A stretch of 64,000 bases of DNA from Aulosira sp. ZfuVER01 (GTDB lineage Bacteria > Cyanobacteriota > Cyanobacteriia > Cyanobacteriales > Nostocaceae), in the NCBI GenBank assembly GCA_034530615.2, contig JAVRCV020000079.1, positions 98,936-162,935 of the forward strand, in the 5' to 3' direction. The notes under the pieces are model-generated. The model was not told where the DNA came from, ran no database searches, and was given only the letters and a program-made list of their open reading frames with translations. Position 1 is the first letter of the stretch; every line of letters begins with the position of its first letter. Shown here piece by piece: positions 31,006-41,292 of this stretch. The position numbers were made by a program, and so were the translations under genes.

Positions 31006-34000
31006 CTAAATGCTATTGATAGCATTTAATAATTCTTCGAGTGTATAAGGCTTCAACAAAAATGTCTTAATATTAGCCGGGAGAGCTTTTTGAGCGCTAG
31101 CAGGAAGTCCACTGGTAGGAATTACTTTTACCTGGGGATTTATTAATTGCATAGCGCGGATAGCTGTCAATCCATCCAAATTTGGCATCATCAGATCGAT
31201 TAAAACAATGCTGATTTCCTCTTTATGTTTGGCATAGGTGGCGATCGCTTCAATTCCATCACTGGCGAGAAGAGTTCTATAATTGTAGTTTTCCAAAGAG
31301 GTTTTTGTGATCTCTTGAATTGATTGTTCATCGTCCACAATCAGAATCAATTCGTCGTTGCCTGTTGGGAGTTCATTTTCTGAGTTTGGTTGGCTAACTG
31401 CTCCTTCGACAGCAGGCAAAAAAACCTCGAATTGCGTTCCCTTTCCTACCTCGCTATCAACTTTCACAAAACCGCCATGATTTTTTACAATCCCTAGTAC
31501 AGTTGCTAGTCCAAGTCCCGTCCCTTTACCGACTTCTTTGGTAGTAAAAAAGGGATCGAAAATTCGCTCCATCAGTTCTGAGGGAATGCCAGTTCCCGTA
31601 TCAGAAATCTTAATCACAATATATGAACCTACATGAGCTTCCAAATTTATGCGGGCATAATTTTCATCCAAGTAGCGATTTTCCGCCGAGATAGTTAAAT
31701 TCCCGCCATTGGGCATGGCATCGCGGGCATTAACCAAAATATTCATGAATACTTGGTGAATTTGGGTACTATCAGCTGAAATTAGCCAGAGTTCCCGCGT
31801 TGGTATCTCCCTGGAGATATCGATCGATTTAGGAAAGGTACTTTGAGCCACAGTGACTAATTCCGAGAGCAAGTGTCCCAATTGGATAATAAGTCGCTTG
31901 CCTTGTGTTCCCCGGCTAAAAGAAAGCAGTTGTTTAACCAAATTAGTTCCGCGTTTAGCACTTTCTTCCAGCATCGTTAAAAAATGTCGCGTCTGGTCGT
32001 CAAGATCGCGGAATTTGAGAGGCAGCAATTGAGAAACAGCGAGAATGGGGGTCAGGAGGTTGTTAAAATCATGGGCAATGCCACTGGCTAAAGTTCCTAT
32101 GCTTTCTAAGCGCTGGGCGCGGTAGAACTGTTCTTCAAGGTTTTTCTTTTCGGTGATGTCGCTGTTCACGACGAGAATGGATTTGGGCTGACTAGATTCA
32201 TCCCGCACCAGCGTCCAGCGACTTGCAACTATAATTTTTTTACCAGATTTAGTGAATTGTTCGAGTTCGCCTTGCCAGAAACCTTGCGCTACAACCGTCT
32301 TTAGACCTTCAGCTAGTTGGGATCGCGGTTCTGTGTTAAACAACTCGTGGACGATTTTCCCCAATGTTTCTGCCGCTGTCCAGCCGTATAAGCATTCGGC
32401 TCCTTTGCTGCAAAATAAGATGCGGTTGTCTAAATCTTGAACAAGAAATGCGTCGGTAGCGATATCGATTAAAGCTGCCTGTTCGGCAATTTTCTGTTCG
32501 GCTAGCTTGCGATCGCTAATATCGTGGTTAACCGTGGTGACGATCCAACAGTCTTCTGCAATCTGCTGAGATGTGTAGGAACTAGAAAACCAGCGAATCG
32601 AGCCATCTTTTCTCCGAAACCGATACTCAATAGTGGCATCCCGTTCTGCAAAAAAATCATCGAATAGGGGCATCATACAATGCTCTCGATCCTCTGGGAG
32701 AACCTGGGACATCCAAAAATATTTATCTGCATATTCTGCCAATGAATAACCGAATAGCCTTTCGCATCCGGCAGACCAATATTCATATTGCCAGTCTCGA
32801 TTAGCATAAACTCGAAGGCTGGAAATTGCCGCAAACGCGCTATCCAAAATTCGGCTAAGTTTTGCTTGTGAGGCTTGCAAAGATAGCTCAAGTTGCTTGC
32901 GATCGCTAATGTCCATTGTGATGCCAACCATCCGCACTGGCTGACCAGTGGCATCATAAATGCCCCGACCTCTGCTGAGAACCCAATGGATACTGCCATC
33001 GGGATAAACGACTCGGTATTCTTCGTTATATAACGTCCGGTTTTGCAAATGGTTTGCAACCGCGCTTTCCAGGCGATCGATATCTTCTGGATGAACGCAG
33101 TTACGCCAAGCGCTATAGCTTGGCTCTACTGCACCTGGTGTCAGCCCAAATAGCGAGAACATATAGTCGCTCCAGAGGACTTTCCCAATGGCGATATCCA
33201 AGTCCCAACTGGCAGTGTTGGTTAAGTCTAGAGCAAGTCGGCGTTGCGCTTCGCTCAATCGCATGGCGGCTTCGGCTTGCTGGCGCTCTGCTTCGATCCG
33301 CGCCTTTTCACTGATGTCTTGAATAATAGCGAAGGCGCGGAGTGGTTGCCCTTGGGCATCGCGGATGAGATTGCCAGTCGCTAGTACCCATACACTGCTA
33401 CCATCTTTACGCAGATAGCGTTTTTCCGACTGGTAGCTATCCCCATTTAGTAGATTGATATAAAGTTGCCGATCGCGATCGCGATCGTCGGGATGGTTAA
33501 TGTCATCAACTGTAAGGGCAAGTAATTCGGCTTCGGTGTATCCGGTAATCTTGCCAAAGGCAGCATTCACCCGCCGAAAGCGACGAGTTTGAATATCCAC
33601 CTGTGCCATACCTACGCTACTCACGTTGAACATGGCACGAAATTCTGCTTCACTTTCGCGCAATGCCGCTTCTGCTTGTTTGCGATCGGTAATCTCGATC
33701 GCGGTACCTACAAGGCGATAAATCCTGCCCTCCTGATTTCGTAACGGAGCTAGGGTTGTGAGTGTCCAGGCTGGGCGATCGTCAAATATGAAATGATCTT
33801 CATAGGTAATGCTGCTATCCGCTTGTACACAGCGTTGATAATTTTGTCGAAAGATTTTACCTGTCTGTGTTCCAAACACCTCTTCTGGTGTTTTATCTTG
33901 AATATCTTGAAGACTAACTCCTACAGACTGCTGGGCTGAACGGTTAAAGCTAACATAACGAAAGTCGTTCGCTTCAGTGACATCGACTACAAACATGGAC

Positions 34001-34503
34001 TGCTCTGCACCATCGTAGATACTGCTCAGAAATGCTTCGCGCTGTTGCAGTTCGACTTCCAGTCGTTTACGCTCGCTGATTTCTTCCAGCTGTTCTAAGG
34101 GTGCGATCGCCTGATAAATTTGCTCTTGGGTGACTAAACCGATTAATTGCCGCCGATTGTCTACCAGAGGCAGGTGACGAATTTGATGCTGACGCATTAC
34201 AGATAAAGCTGTCAGGACATTTTGCTTGTCATCAAGAGTCAGGCTAATTAAAGGTTGCGCTATCACCTGAGCTATTTCTGTGCTGGATAAATCTACTCCA
34301 GATGCAGTTATTTTAACTACATCTCGCTCAGTGAAGATGCCTAATAACAGCGCCCCATCTACCACTAAAACACAACCTTTCGCTTGCTCCTGGCTCATCA
34401 AGACAGCCGCTTCAAGCACCGACGTATCTGGTTTAACTTGTAAAATAGCGCGATCGACAATCTCCTCCAAAGTTGGACACTTTTTGAAAGAGTTGGTTTC
34501 CAT
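31006..34503 (-). CDS. Hybrid sensor histidine kinase (CBS pair, multiple PAS/PAC, HisKA, HATPase, REC)
   Basis: GIFTERD/IRHLP CBS; repeated DISDRK PAC ends; GIAHDFNN H-box; N, G1, F and G2 boxes; receiver DLMMP. Confidence 0.93.
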   Translation of the reverse strand: METNSFKKCPTLEEIVDRAILQVKPDTSVLEAAVLMSQEQAKGCVLVVDGALLLGIFTERDVVKITASGVDLSSTEIAQVIAQPLISLTLDDKQNVLTALSVMRQHQIRHLPLVDNRRQLIGLVTQEQIYQAIAPLEQLEEISERKRLEVELQQREAFLSSIYDGAEQSMFVVDVTEANDFRYVSFNRSAQQSVGVSLQDIQDKTPEEVFGTQTGKIFRQNYQRCVQADSSITYEDHFIFDDRPAWTLTTLAPLRNQEGRIYRLVGTAIEITDRKQAEAALRESEAEFRAMFNVSSVGMAQVDIQTRRFRRVNAAFGKITGYTEAELLALTVDDINHPDDRDRDRQLYINLLNGDSYQSEKRYLRKDGSSVWVLATGNLIRDAQGQPLRAFAIIQDISEKARIEAERQQAEAAMRLSEAQRRLALDLTNTASWDLDIAIGKVLWSDYMFSLFGLTPGAVEPSYSAWRNCVHPEDIDRLESAVANHLQNRTLYNEEYRVVYPDGSIHWVLSRGRGIYDATGQPVRMVGITMDISDRKQLELSLQASQAKLSRILDSAFAAISSLRVYANRDWQYEYWSAGCERLFGYSLAEYADKYFWMSQVLPEDREHCMMPLFDDFFAERDATIEYRFRRKDGSIRWFSSSYTSQQIAEDCWIVTTVNHDISDRKLAEQKIAEQAALIDIATDAFLVQDLDNRILFCSKGAECLYGWTAAETLGKIVHELFNTEPRSQLAEGLKTVVAQGFWQGELEQFTKSGKKIIVASRWTLVRDESSQPKSILVVNSDITEKKNLEEQFYRAQRLESIGTLASGIAHDFNNLLTPILAVSQLLPLKFRDLDDQTRHFLTMLEESAKRGTNLVKQLLSFSRGTQGKRLIIQLGHLLSELVTVAQSTFPKSIDISREIPTRELWLISADSTQIHQVFMNILVNARDAMPNGGNLTISAENRYLDENYARINLEAHVGSYIVIKISDTGTGIPSELMERIFDPFFTTKEVGKGTGLGLATVLGIVKNHGGFVKVDSEVGKGTQFEVFLPAVEGAVSQPNSENELPTGNDELILIVDDEQSIQEITKTSLENYNYRTLLASDGIEAIATYAKHKEEISIVLIDLMMPNLDGLTAIRAMQLINPQVKVIPTSGLPASAQKALPANIKTFLLKPYTLEELLNAINSI

Positions 34504-34714
34504 AGCTTTTCCAGCCTCTATTTCTGTTTTCGCCGGAATCTCAGATCAATGCCCGCAGAAATTTTCAGTTATTTTTGATACTAACTTGAAAAATGAGTAC
34601 GACAGCTATATTTACAAAACCTAGACACGGAAAGTGATTCCCAAGCCGAAATGGTACGATACATCATGAACAATAAATATTGTAGATGTGTTAGCGAATT
34701 TTTATCAGCTGATT

Positions 34715-35143
34715 TTAATCACTAGTTTTATTAAATACTTCTAAAATTTGTCGACAAATTAGTTTTAATTTATCGCCAACTTGAGGGGAAGGTATAGAAG
34801 CACCAACTATACTCCAGTTATCTATGGTAGAAAGTCGCCAAGCTTCGCCGCGATGATCGAATGCAGCGACTTCTACACCGATCGCTCGACGTGAATTGCT
34901 TACTGGGTCTTGATAAAATCGGATTTGAATTAAGACGCTACGACTGCGCCAAGATTTGCTGATACCAGGAAAGTGAAAGCCGATATCTATTGAATCGGGA
35001 TCGACTAACTCTCTGGTTTCGGGATCGTTCTTCCAAGGTTTTAGATCCGATTTGGCATCAGGAAACTCAAATTTAAACAAATTAACTACTGTAGCAATCT
35101 TGCTGGCGAGTTCAAGGTTAGTTGCTTGTTCAGATGCGTTCAC
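34715..35143 (-). CDS. Hypothetical protein, probably conserved in cyanobacteria
   Basis: 142-aa ORF with protein-like composition, divergent from psbQ. Confidence 0.7.
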   Translation of the reverse strand: MNASEQATNLELASKIATVVNLFKFEFPDAKSDLKPWKNDPETRELVDPDSIDIGFHFPGISKSWRSRSVLIQIRFYQDPVSNSRRAIGVEVAAFDHRGEAWRLSTIDNWSIVGASIPSPQVGDKLKLICRQILEVFNKTSD

Positions 35144-35507
35144 GAAAAAACACTCCTAATATTGCATCGGCCTAGAGGAAATATGAAGATAAAAAACCGC
35201 CAGAAAGTTTAGGGTATTGGTATTTCAGCTTATCAAGGTATTTTTTGGTTCGCAACTCTAAATTATGCTTTCCTAACAATCATTATTAACAAAAACTGCT
35301 TGTAGAAGTTGTAGAAAATGCCAGTTATATTGAGTAATTATACTTAAAAATTTTCAAAATTACGCAGATGATTGGCTATTTTTAGCAAATAAGCAGCTAG
35401 TATGAAAAATTTTGCCGAAAATCCTTTCCTGGTAAGAACGATAAATTACCTCAGCGATCTAAAATTACACTGTTAGTCGGCAAACAAACAGCAAATTAGT
35501 TCAATAT

Positions 35508-35972
35508 ATGTCGCGTCAACGCTCTCTTTTGTCATTGGTTTTAGTATTCTTGGCAACATTCCTGATCGGTTGTGGTGGTCCTACTGTTGCAGTAGCACCT
35601 CCTACTTATACAACAGCACAACTGACGAAAATTCAGGTATATGTTCCAGATATTCAGGCTGTGCGCGATCGCTCAGAAGAACTTACAAGCCTGATCCAAA
35701 AGAAAGATTGGATAAATGTGGGTAATTTTATACATGGCCCAATAACAGAAGCTAGGATGGACATAACTTATGTGATTCCTAACCTCTTACCTAAGGAACA
35801 ACCCGTAGCACGTCAAATAGCGCGTGATTTGTTTAACCATTTGGTTAAAGTCGATCAAGCCGCTACCTCTGGTAATTCTCAACTGGCTTTGAGTAACTCT
35901 CAAGCAGCTTTTGCAGACATTGATAAATTCCTCGATTTGGTTCCTGATACAAGCACTCAAGCCGAGTCATAA
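35508..35972 (+). CDS. psbQ: Photosystem II lipoprotein PsbQ (CyanoQ)
   Basis: Lipobox FLIGC, PPTYT, W.NV.NFIHGP, LLPKEQ motifs. Confidence 0.9.
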   Translation: MSRQRSLLSLVLVFLATFLIGCGGPTVAVAPPTYTTAQLTKIQVYVPDIQAVRDRSEELTSLIQKKDWINVGNFIHGPITEARMDITYVIPNLLPKEQPVARQIARDLFNHLVKVDQAATSGNSQLALSNSQAAFADIDKFLDLVPDTSTQAES

Positions 35973-35977
35973 GCGCT

Positions 35978-36032
35978 GAGTTATGAGTTATGAGTTAGGA
36001 GTTAGGAATCATAAATTTCTAACTCTTAACTT
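35978..36032. repeat. STRR-like heptamer repeats (gagttat/gagttag) with a complementary arm
   Basis: Four tandem heptamers followed by taactcttaact. Confidence 0.6.
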
Positions 36033-36045
36033 CTGGATAAAGTCA

Positions 36046-37137
36046 ATGAATGTAGTAATTATCGGCTGTGGCGTAGTTGGGGCTGCGATCGCCTATGAAC
36101 TAAGTTTAGTTAAAGGTCTAAATATCACGGTTTGCGATCGCCAACCACCCGCACAAGCTTCCACTGGCGCTGCACTTGGCGTACTGATGGGCGTAATTAG
36201 CCACAAAATCAAGGGTAAAGCTTGGCGACTCCGACAAAGTAGCATCCAACGCTATGAAACCTTAATTCCTGAATTAGAAGCCATCACAGGTCGTAAAATC
36301 CCGTTTAATCGTCAAGGAATACTCAGTCTTTGCTCACAAGAGGAAAATCTTGCAGACTGGGAAAAGCTGCAAGCAATTCGCCACTCTCAAGGCTGGCAGT
36401 TAGAAATCTGGGATAAGAATAAACTGAAAAACATCTGCCCACAGGTAAATAACGAAAAAATTACAGGCGCTGTCTATTCTCCTCAAGACCGCCAACTTGA
36501 CCCTACAGCCCTAACATTAGCTTTAGTTGAGGCAGCCCAGCACAACGGCGTTAACTTCAAATTTGGTGTAACTGTGACAGATGCCCAAACTTCACCGCAA
36601 TTTTGCTCTCAAATAGAAACAACCGCCGGAACAATTGCCGCTGACTGGTTTGTAGTCGCCGCCGGGTTAGGTTCAACTCCTTTGACAGCACAATTACACC
36701 ATACAGTTGATATTCGCCCTGTATTGGGGCAAGCATTACAACTACACTTAGGACATCCATTAGGAAACCCAGACTTCCAGCCAGCAATTACTGGTAATGA
36801 TGTCCACATCGTCCCTGTGGGAAATGGCGACTATTGGGTAGGTGCAACGGTAGAATTTCCTAGCGATGGGGATGAAATCTCGCCGAATCAAGAATTACTG
36901 GAATCTGTTAGACAACAAGCGATCGCATTCTGTCCAGAATTAGCGCAGGCAAATATCATCCGTACTTGGTCTGGTTTACGTCCCCGCCCCGAAGGACGCC
37001 CAGCGCCAGTTATTGGTAAATTGCCAGGATTTAATAATGTCCTTTTAGCCACAGGACACTATCGCAACGGCGTTTTACTAGCACCTGCAACAGCTTATGC
37101 GATTCGTGAGATGATTATTCCTATTGATTCTCTTTAA
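36046..37137 (+). CDS. FAD-dependent oxidoreductase (glycine/D-amino acid oxidase family)
   Basis: IIGCGVVG, GLRP, GHYRNGVLLAP; start moved to ATG 36046. Confidence 0.9.
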   Translation: MNVVIIGCGVVGAAIAYELSLVKGLNITVCDRQPPAQASTGAALGVLMGVISHKIKGKAWRLRQSSIQRYETLIPELEAITGRKIPFNRQGILSLCSQEENLADWEKLQAIRHSQGWQLEIWDKNKLKNICPQVNNEKITGAVYSPQDRQLDPTALTLALVEAAQHNGVNFKFGVTVTDAQTSPQFCSQIETTAGTIAADWFVVAAGLGSTPLTAQLHHTVDIRPVLGQALQLHLGHPLGNPDFQPAITGNDVHIVPVGNGDYWVGATVEFPSDGDEISPNQELLESVRQQAIAFCPELAQANIIRTWSGLRPRPEGRPAPVIGKLPGFNNVLLATGHYRNGVLLAPATAYAIREMIIPIDSL

Positions 37138-37142
37138 AACAA

Positions 37143-37311
37143 GGCAGGAGGCAGGAGGCAGGAGGCAGAAGGCAATCAAGAAAATCAGAATCATTCTTGC
37201 TTGATTCAAACAGTTCATATCCAAGAATTGAAATGAGACTGTAACTTAAATAGTCACTAATGCAGAAACCTACCTTAAATACACCCTTCTGCCCTCTGCC
37301 TTCTGCCTTCT
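37143..37311. repeat. Heptamer repeats ggcagga/ggcagaa with inverted ttctgcc copies ~110 bp downstream
   Basis: Seen directly in the sequence. Confidence 0.65.
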
Positions 37312-37329
37312 AGCTAATAGGAACGTAGC

Positions 37330-38181
37330 GTGTCATTAACAGAACATAAAATAACCGTAAATTCATTAGAGTGGTTCTATCGAGAAGCTTCACCAATTGG
37401 GAGAACTGACTTACTACCTGTAGTATTGCTACATGGCATAGTCTCACAAAGTTACAGCTGGCGTAACATTATGCCTGCTTTAGCCAGTCAGGGAACAAGA
37501 GCGATCGCACCTGATTGGATTGGTTATGGCTTTTCAGCAACGCCAGAAAAACGAGATTTTGCTTACACTCCTGAGGCGTTTATTACAGCTTTAGAAGGAT
37601 TTATCAAAGCCTTAGAACTAGAAAGATTTTCTTTAGTTGTGCAAGGTTTTTTAGGTTCTGTAGGACTACAATATGCCTTGCGTCATCCCGAACAAATTGC
37701 CAATTTAGCTATTTTAAATGCACCGATTTCCACGGCTGCGAAATTACCTTGGAAAATCAAACAAATGGGTTTACCTTTAGCAGGTGAAATGATGACCCAA
37801 GACCCCCTTTTAGTTGATAGGACATTAGAAGGTGGTAGCCGTTACCGCATAGAAGATAAAGATTTAGATGTTTATCGTAGACCATATTTGAAAAGTTCTG
37901 CTCCTGGTCGCGGTCTTCTCGCAACTATTCGCAATTTGCAACTCGATTCAGCCATGACAGAAATTTCATCTGGCTTTCAACAATGGCAACAACCAATTTT
38001 AATTCAATGGGGCGTGATTGACCCTTGGTTATCTGTAGAGATGGCAGAAAATTTTGCCAAATCAGTTCCAAATGGCGAATTAGTAAAACTGAATAATGTT
38101 GGTCACTATCCTCAAGAACACTACCACGAGACAATTTTAGAGGACCTTTTACCCTTTGTTCGTCGTGCTGAATCGCGTTGA
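37330..38181 (+). CDS. Alpha/beta fold hydrolase (haloalkane dehalogenase/epoxide hydrolase-like)
   Basis: LLHG, APDWIGYGFS, GHYPQE; the nucleophile elbow is atypical (VQGFLG). Confidence 0.85.
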   Translation: MSLTEHKITVNSLEWFYREASPIGRTDLLPVVLLHGIVSQSYSWRNIMPALASQGTRAIAPDWIGYGFSATPEKRDFAYTPEAFITALEGFIKALELERFSLVVQGFLGSVGLQYALRHPEQIANLAILNAPISTAAKLPWKIKQMGLPLAGEMMTQDPLLVDRTLEGGSRYRIEDKDLDVYRRPYLKSSAPGRGLLATIRNLQLDSAMTEISSGFQQWQQPILIQWGVIDPWLSVEMAENFAKSVPNGELVKLNNVGHYPQEHYHETILEDLLPFVRRAESR

Positions 38182-38258
38182 CATGGGGAATGGGGCATAG
38201 GGCATTAGTAACTTCTTCCCCATGCCCAAAAACTACATCCCCTTGTGGGTCAAGTTTT

Positions 38259-39641
38259 TTATAATTTTTCTTTTACAGCTAAATGCACACCTCCAGGTGG
38301 TGCAAATACTATGCCGCGACGGACAGGTTGCAAGGGAACTTTATCGAGCAATTCTAGTGAGTAGCGCGATAGGATAGTTGCCAATACCAATTTCATTTCA
38401 AACAGGGCAAATGCTGCGCCAAGACAGCGACGATTAGCACCGCCAAAGGGTAAAAATTCATAAGGTGAAAATTGCCGTTCGAGGAAACGTTCTGGTCTAA
38501 AACGCTTAGGCTCAGGATAGATATCTGGGCGCTGGTGAGTCAAATAAATGCAGATTGACAAGTACATTCCTTTTGGTAAATCGTAGCCCATGAATTGCAT
38601 ATCAGTTTGCAGAATTCGTGGGAAACAAAAGAAAGCGACAGGATAAATCCGCAGTGTTTCTGAACAAACAGCATTCAAATATGGCAATTGCGCGATCGCC
38701 ATCGGATCTGCATTGGCGATATCAATAGAATTGAGTTCTTGCAGCAGTTTTTCGCGGACTTCCGGGACATAGTGAATCCAATATAAAGCCCAAGCGAGAG
38801 CGATCGCTGTAGTTTCATGACCCGCAAATAGCATCGTCATCAACTCATCGCGTAATTCTACATTACTCATCGGTTGCCCTGCTTCATCACGCGCAGACAT
38901 TAATAAGCTGAGGATATCTTCACCGTCAGTTTTACCTTGCTCTCGACGCTCATTAATTTCTTGGTAAAGCAGTTGATCGAGTTCCTGTCTTCGCCGTGCA
39001 AATTTTCCCCAAGGACTCCAAGCGCCTAAGTCTCGTTGCAGTGATTTGAAAAAAAGTAAAGTTGCACTTAAAGGATGATTAAAAGTATTCAACATCGCAA
39101 CTAAAAGCTGCTTGATTTGTTGATAACGCTCTCCTTCCTCCAACCCAAAAACAGAACGCAAAATCACTTGCAAGGAAATATCCTGCATACTAGAACGAGC
39201 TACAAAAGGTTGCCCAATTGCCCACTGGCTAATTACTTGCTCTGTAATCTCACGGATTATTTGACCGTAAGCCCGCATCCGTTCACCGTGAAAGGGAGGC
39301 ATTAAAAGCTTACGCTGTTGCCAGTGGCGATCGCCATCTAATAAAATTAGTGAGTTTGCTCCTACCAAGGGTTGAATAATTTGGTTTCCTGAACCTGATT
39401 TAAATAGCTTGGGATCGGCAGTAAAAATTTCCTGAATCGCTTGGGGATTACTAATTATTAATTGCGGTGGGAAACTACCGAATTTACTATAAAAAATATC
39501 TCCATAGCGCTGTTGCAACCTTTCAAGATTTTGTAGTGGTTGTAAAATGATTTTTATTGTCTGCAACCATTGTGATTCTTGGAAGCCGTTCGGCAATTTA
39601 GCAACAGTTGGTCTGGGAGATTTTTCTTGAAGTTTAATCAT
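38259..39641 (-). CDS. Cytochrome P450 (CYP110-like)
   Basis: AGHETT, ETLR, PERF, FGGANRRCLG heme motif. Confidence 0.95.
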   Translation of the reverse strand: MIKLQEKSPRPTVAKLPNGFQESQWLQTIKIILQPLQNLERLQQRYGDIFYSKFGSFPPQLIISNPQAIQEIFTADPKLFKSGSGNQIIQPLVGANSLILLDGDRHWQQRKLLMPPFHGERMRAYGQIIREITEQVISQWAIGQPFVARSSMQDISLQVILRSVFGLEEGERYQQIKQLLVAMLNTFNHPLSATLLFFKSLQRDLGAWSPWGKFARRRQELDQLLYQEINERREQGKTDGEDILSLLMSARDEAGQPMSNVELRDELMTMLFAGHETTAIALAWALYWIHYVPEVREKLLQELNSIDIANADPMAIAQLPYLNAVCSETLRIYPVAFFCFPRILQTDMQFMGYDLPKGMYLSICIYLTHQRPDIYPEPKRFRPERFLERQFSPYEFLPFGGANRRCLGAAFALFEMKLVLATILSRYSLELLDKVPLQPVRRGIVFAPPGGVHLAVKEKL

Positions 39642-39676
39642 TAGCTATCTCCTAATATTTATTAACAAGCTTTGAC

Positions 39677-40315
39677 TTAAGTTTTAACGTAATCTTGATG
39701 TGAAATAAGAGAAATTTGGGGTAAACCTAAATGCTTTCTGACATCGTTAATTGGTTCTTGCCAATGGTCTTCAAAGCGGTAGCCTAGGAGAAACTCAGCT
39801 TTATTACCTAATTCACATCCTTTTTGCAGGTTAGCAAAAATTGCTTTGATTTGTCGGGGAGCCAGAAGCGGATAGAGAAATTTGGCTAGCAACAAACTGA
39901 TTTTGAATGAATTGCTGTAATTTTGGGCTGTAGCAAAAGCCAAAACGCCGATTTCTCCAGCATAGCTAGTGTCAAAGCCGAGTAAGACATGGAAAATGTC
40001 GTGGGTAACTACATAGCGCAGAGCAAAGACATTACGTTTAGCAATCTCATCAAGTTCAGGACTAATAGTTAATGGCTTCAGGTTGTTGACCTTCATGTGC
40101 TCGGCATATTCTCTACCAAAAGAGCCTAGAGCATATTGACTTAATTTCTCCAAATCAATTAGGGGATAATATCCTTCTAGCGATCGCAATTTATCTGCTA
40201 CCTCTGGAGCAACTTTTGCACCCAGAAAATCAGACTTGAGAATCGCAAAATCGCCCAAATTTCCGGAGTTTTTGGCAGCCAACATCGCTTGAAGTTGTTG
40301 CCATTTTTTTACCAT
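39677..40315 (-). CDS. Coq4-family protein
   Basis: GSFGREY, THDIFHVLLGF...GEIG metal motif, WQEPINDVRKHLGL. Confidence 0.85.
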   Translation of the reverse strand: MVKKWQQLQAMLAAKNSGNLGDFAILKSDFLGAKVAPEVADKLRSLEGYYPLIDLEKLSQYALGSFGREYAEHMKVNNLKPLTISPELDEIAKRNVFALRYVVTHDIFHVLLGFDTSYAGEIGVLAFATAQNYSNSFKISLLLAKFLYPLLAPRQIKAIFANLQKGCELGNKAEFLLGYRFEDHWQEPINDVRKHLGLPQISLISHQDYVKT

Positions 40316-40340
40316 GATAAATCCCCCGTGTGTGGGTGAT

Positions 40341-40402
40341 GCATAGGCGCAGCCCGTCGTAGAATACCCAAAAATAGCGATGCCTACGGCGGTAAACTAC
40401 GC
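40341..40402. mobile_element. Two SDR-type very small repeats, one inserted in a HIP1 site
   Basis: gcataggcgcagcccgtcgtaga, and GCGAT-gcctacggcggtaaacta-CGC. Confidence 0.65.
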
Positions 40403-40452
40403 TTATTTTGACTTAAACTCGCGCTTCTAACCAGCCATCACCTGATAAAGCC

Positions 40453-40911
40453 TCATCTTCTGAAATTTTCAATTGTTAGGTTTAAATTACTTTTTTGGAG
40501 CGCTTGCTCGACAGTGAAATTAATCTCTTGACCATAGGAAACCTCAAGGGTGTGACCATCAGGATCTCGAAAAAAAGCCCAGTAACCGACGGGAAAACCC
40601 CAGTCATGTGGCCCATCTATCAATACACCTTCTGAGCGTGCTTCATCGCAAAGATGGTCTACTTCCTCACGAGTTTTACAAGCTACCCCAAGATGAGATG
40701 AAGGTGCAAGTGTGCTTTTTAATTCAGCAACTTGAATTAACACAATCACGAATGGTCGAGTTAAATCGCTAATCCAAGCAACGTCTACGTGCTTCGTTTT
40801 ATCGGTGCGGCGATGCACTACTTGCATTGCCGCATACTTTGCATAAAACGATATGCTTTGATCGATGTCGATTACCCCAAGTGCAATATGAGTAAAACCA
40901 AGATCCGACAT
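40453..40911 (-). CDS. VOC/glyoxalase family protein
   Basis: THIAL, SHLG, FFRDPDGHTLE. Confidence 0.9.
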   Translation of the reverse strand: MSDLGFTHIALGVIDIDQSISFYAKYAAMQVVHRRTDKTKHVDVAWISDLTRPFVIVLIQVAELKSTLAPSSHLGVACKTREEVDHLCDEARSEGVLIDGPHDWGFPVGYWAFFRDPDGHTLEVSYGQEINFTVEQALQKSNLNLTIENFRR

Positions 40912-41099
40912 CAACAGCTTCCTTTAAAAAAATGAACAATATCTTTCAGATTAAGATATAACCGATAAGCACAAGGGTAGGATAGCGTAGTGCCAGCGCA
41001 ATTCTTCTACAGGTACATCTATTACTTCCCAGAAATTCTAACGATCTCAAAGGTCTACTTTAGATGTTACTCCTCTTTGTAAAGCGTGCATAACTATCT

Positions 41100-41252
41100 G
41101 AACTCGGAGTTTCGTGTTCCGAACTCGGAGTTTGGTGTTCTGAACTCGGAGTTTCGTGTTCCAAGCTCGGAGTTTCGTGTTCTAAGCTCGGAGTTTTGTG
41201 TTCCAAACTCGGAGTTTCGGGTTTTGAACTCGGAGTTTTGTGTTCCAAGCTC
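41100..41252. repeat. 21-bp tandem repeat, 7 units plus a partial unit (gaactcggagtttcgtgttcc)
   Basis: Counted directly; no unique spacers. Confidence 0.95.
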
Positions 41253-41292
41253 AAACAATCTCACTTTAAACTCAAGACGAATCACCACCTTA

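Noticed and set aside
41100..41252. CRISPR array
   Set aside because: Contiguous tandem units with no unique spacers; no cas genes
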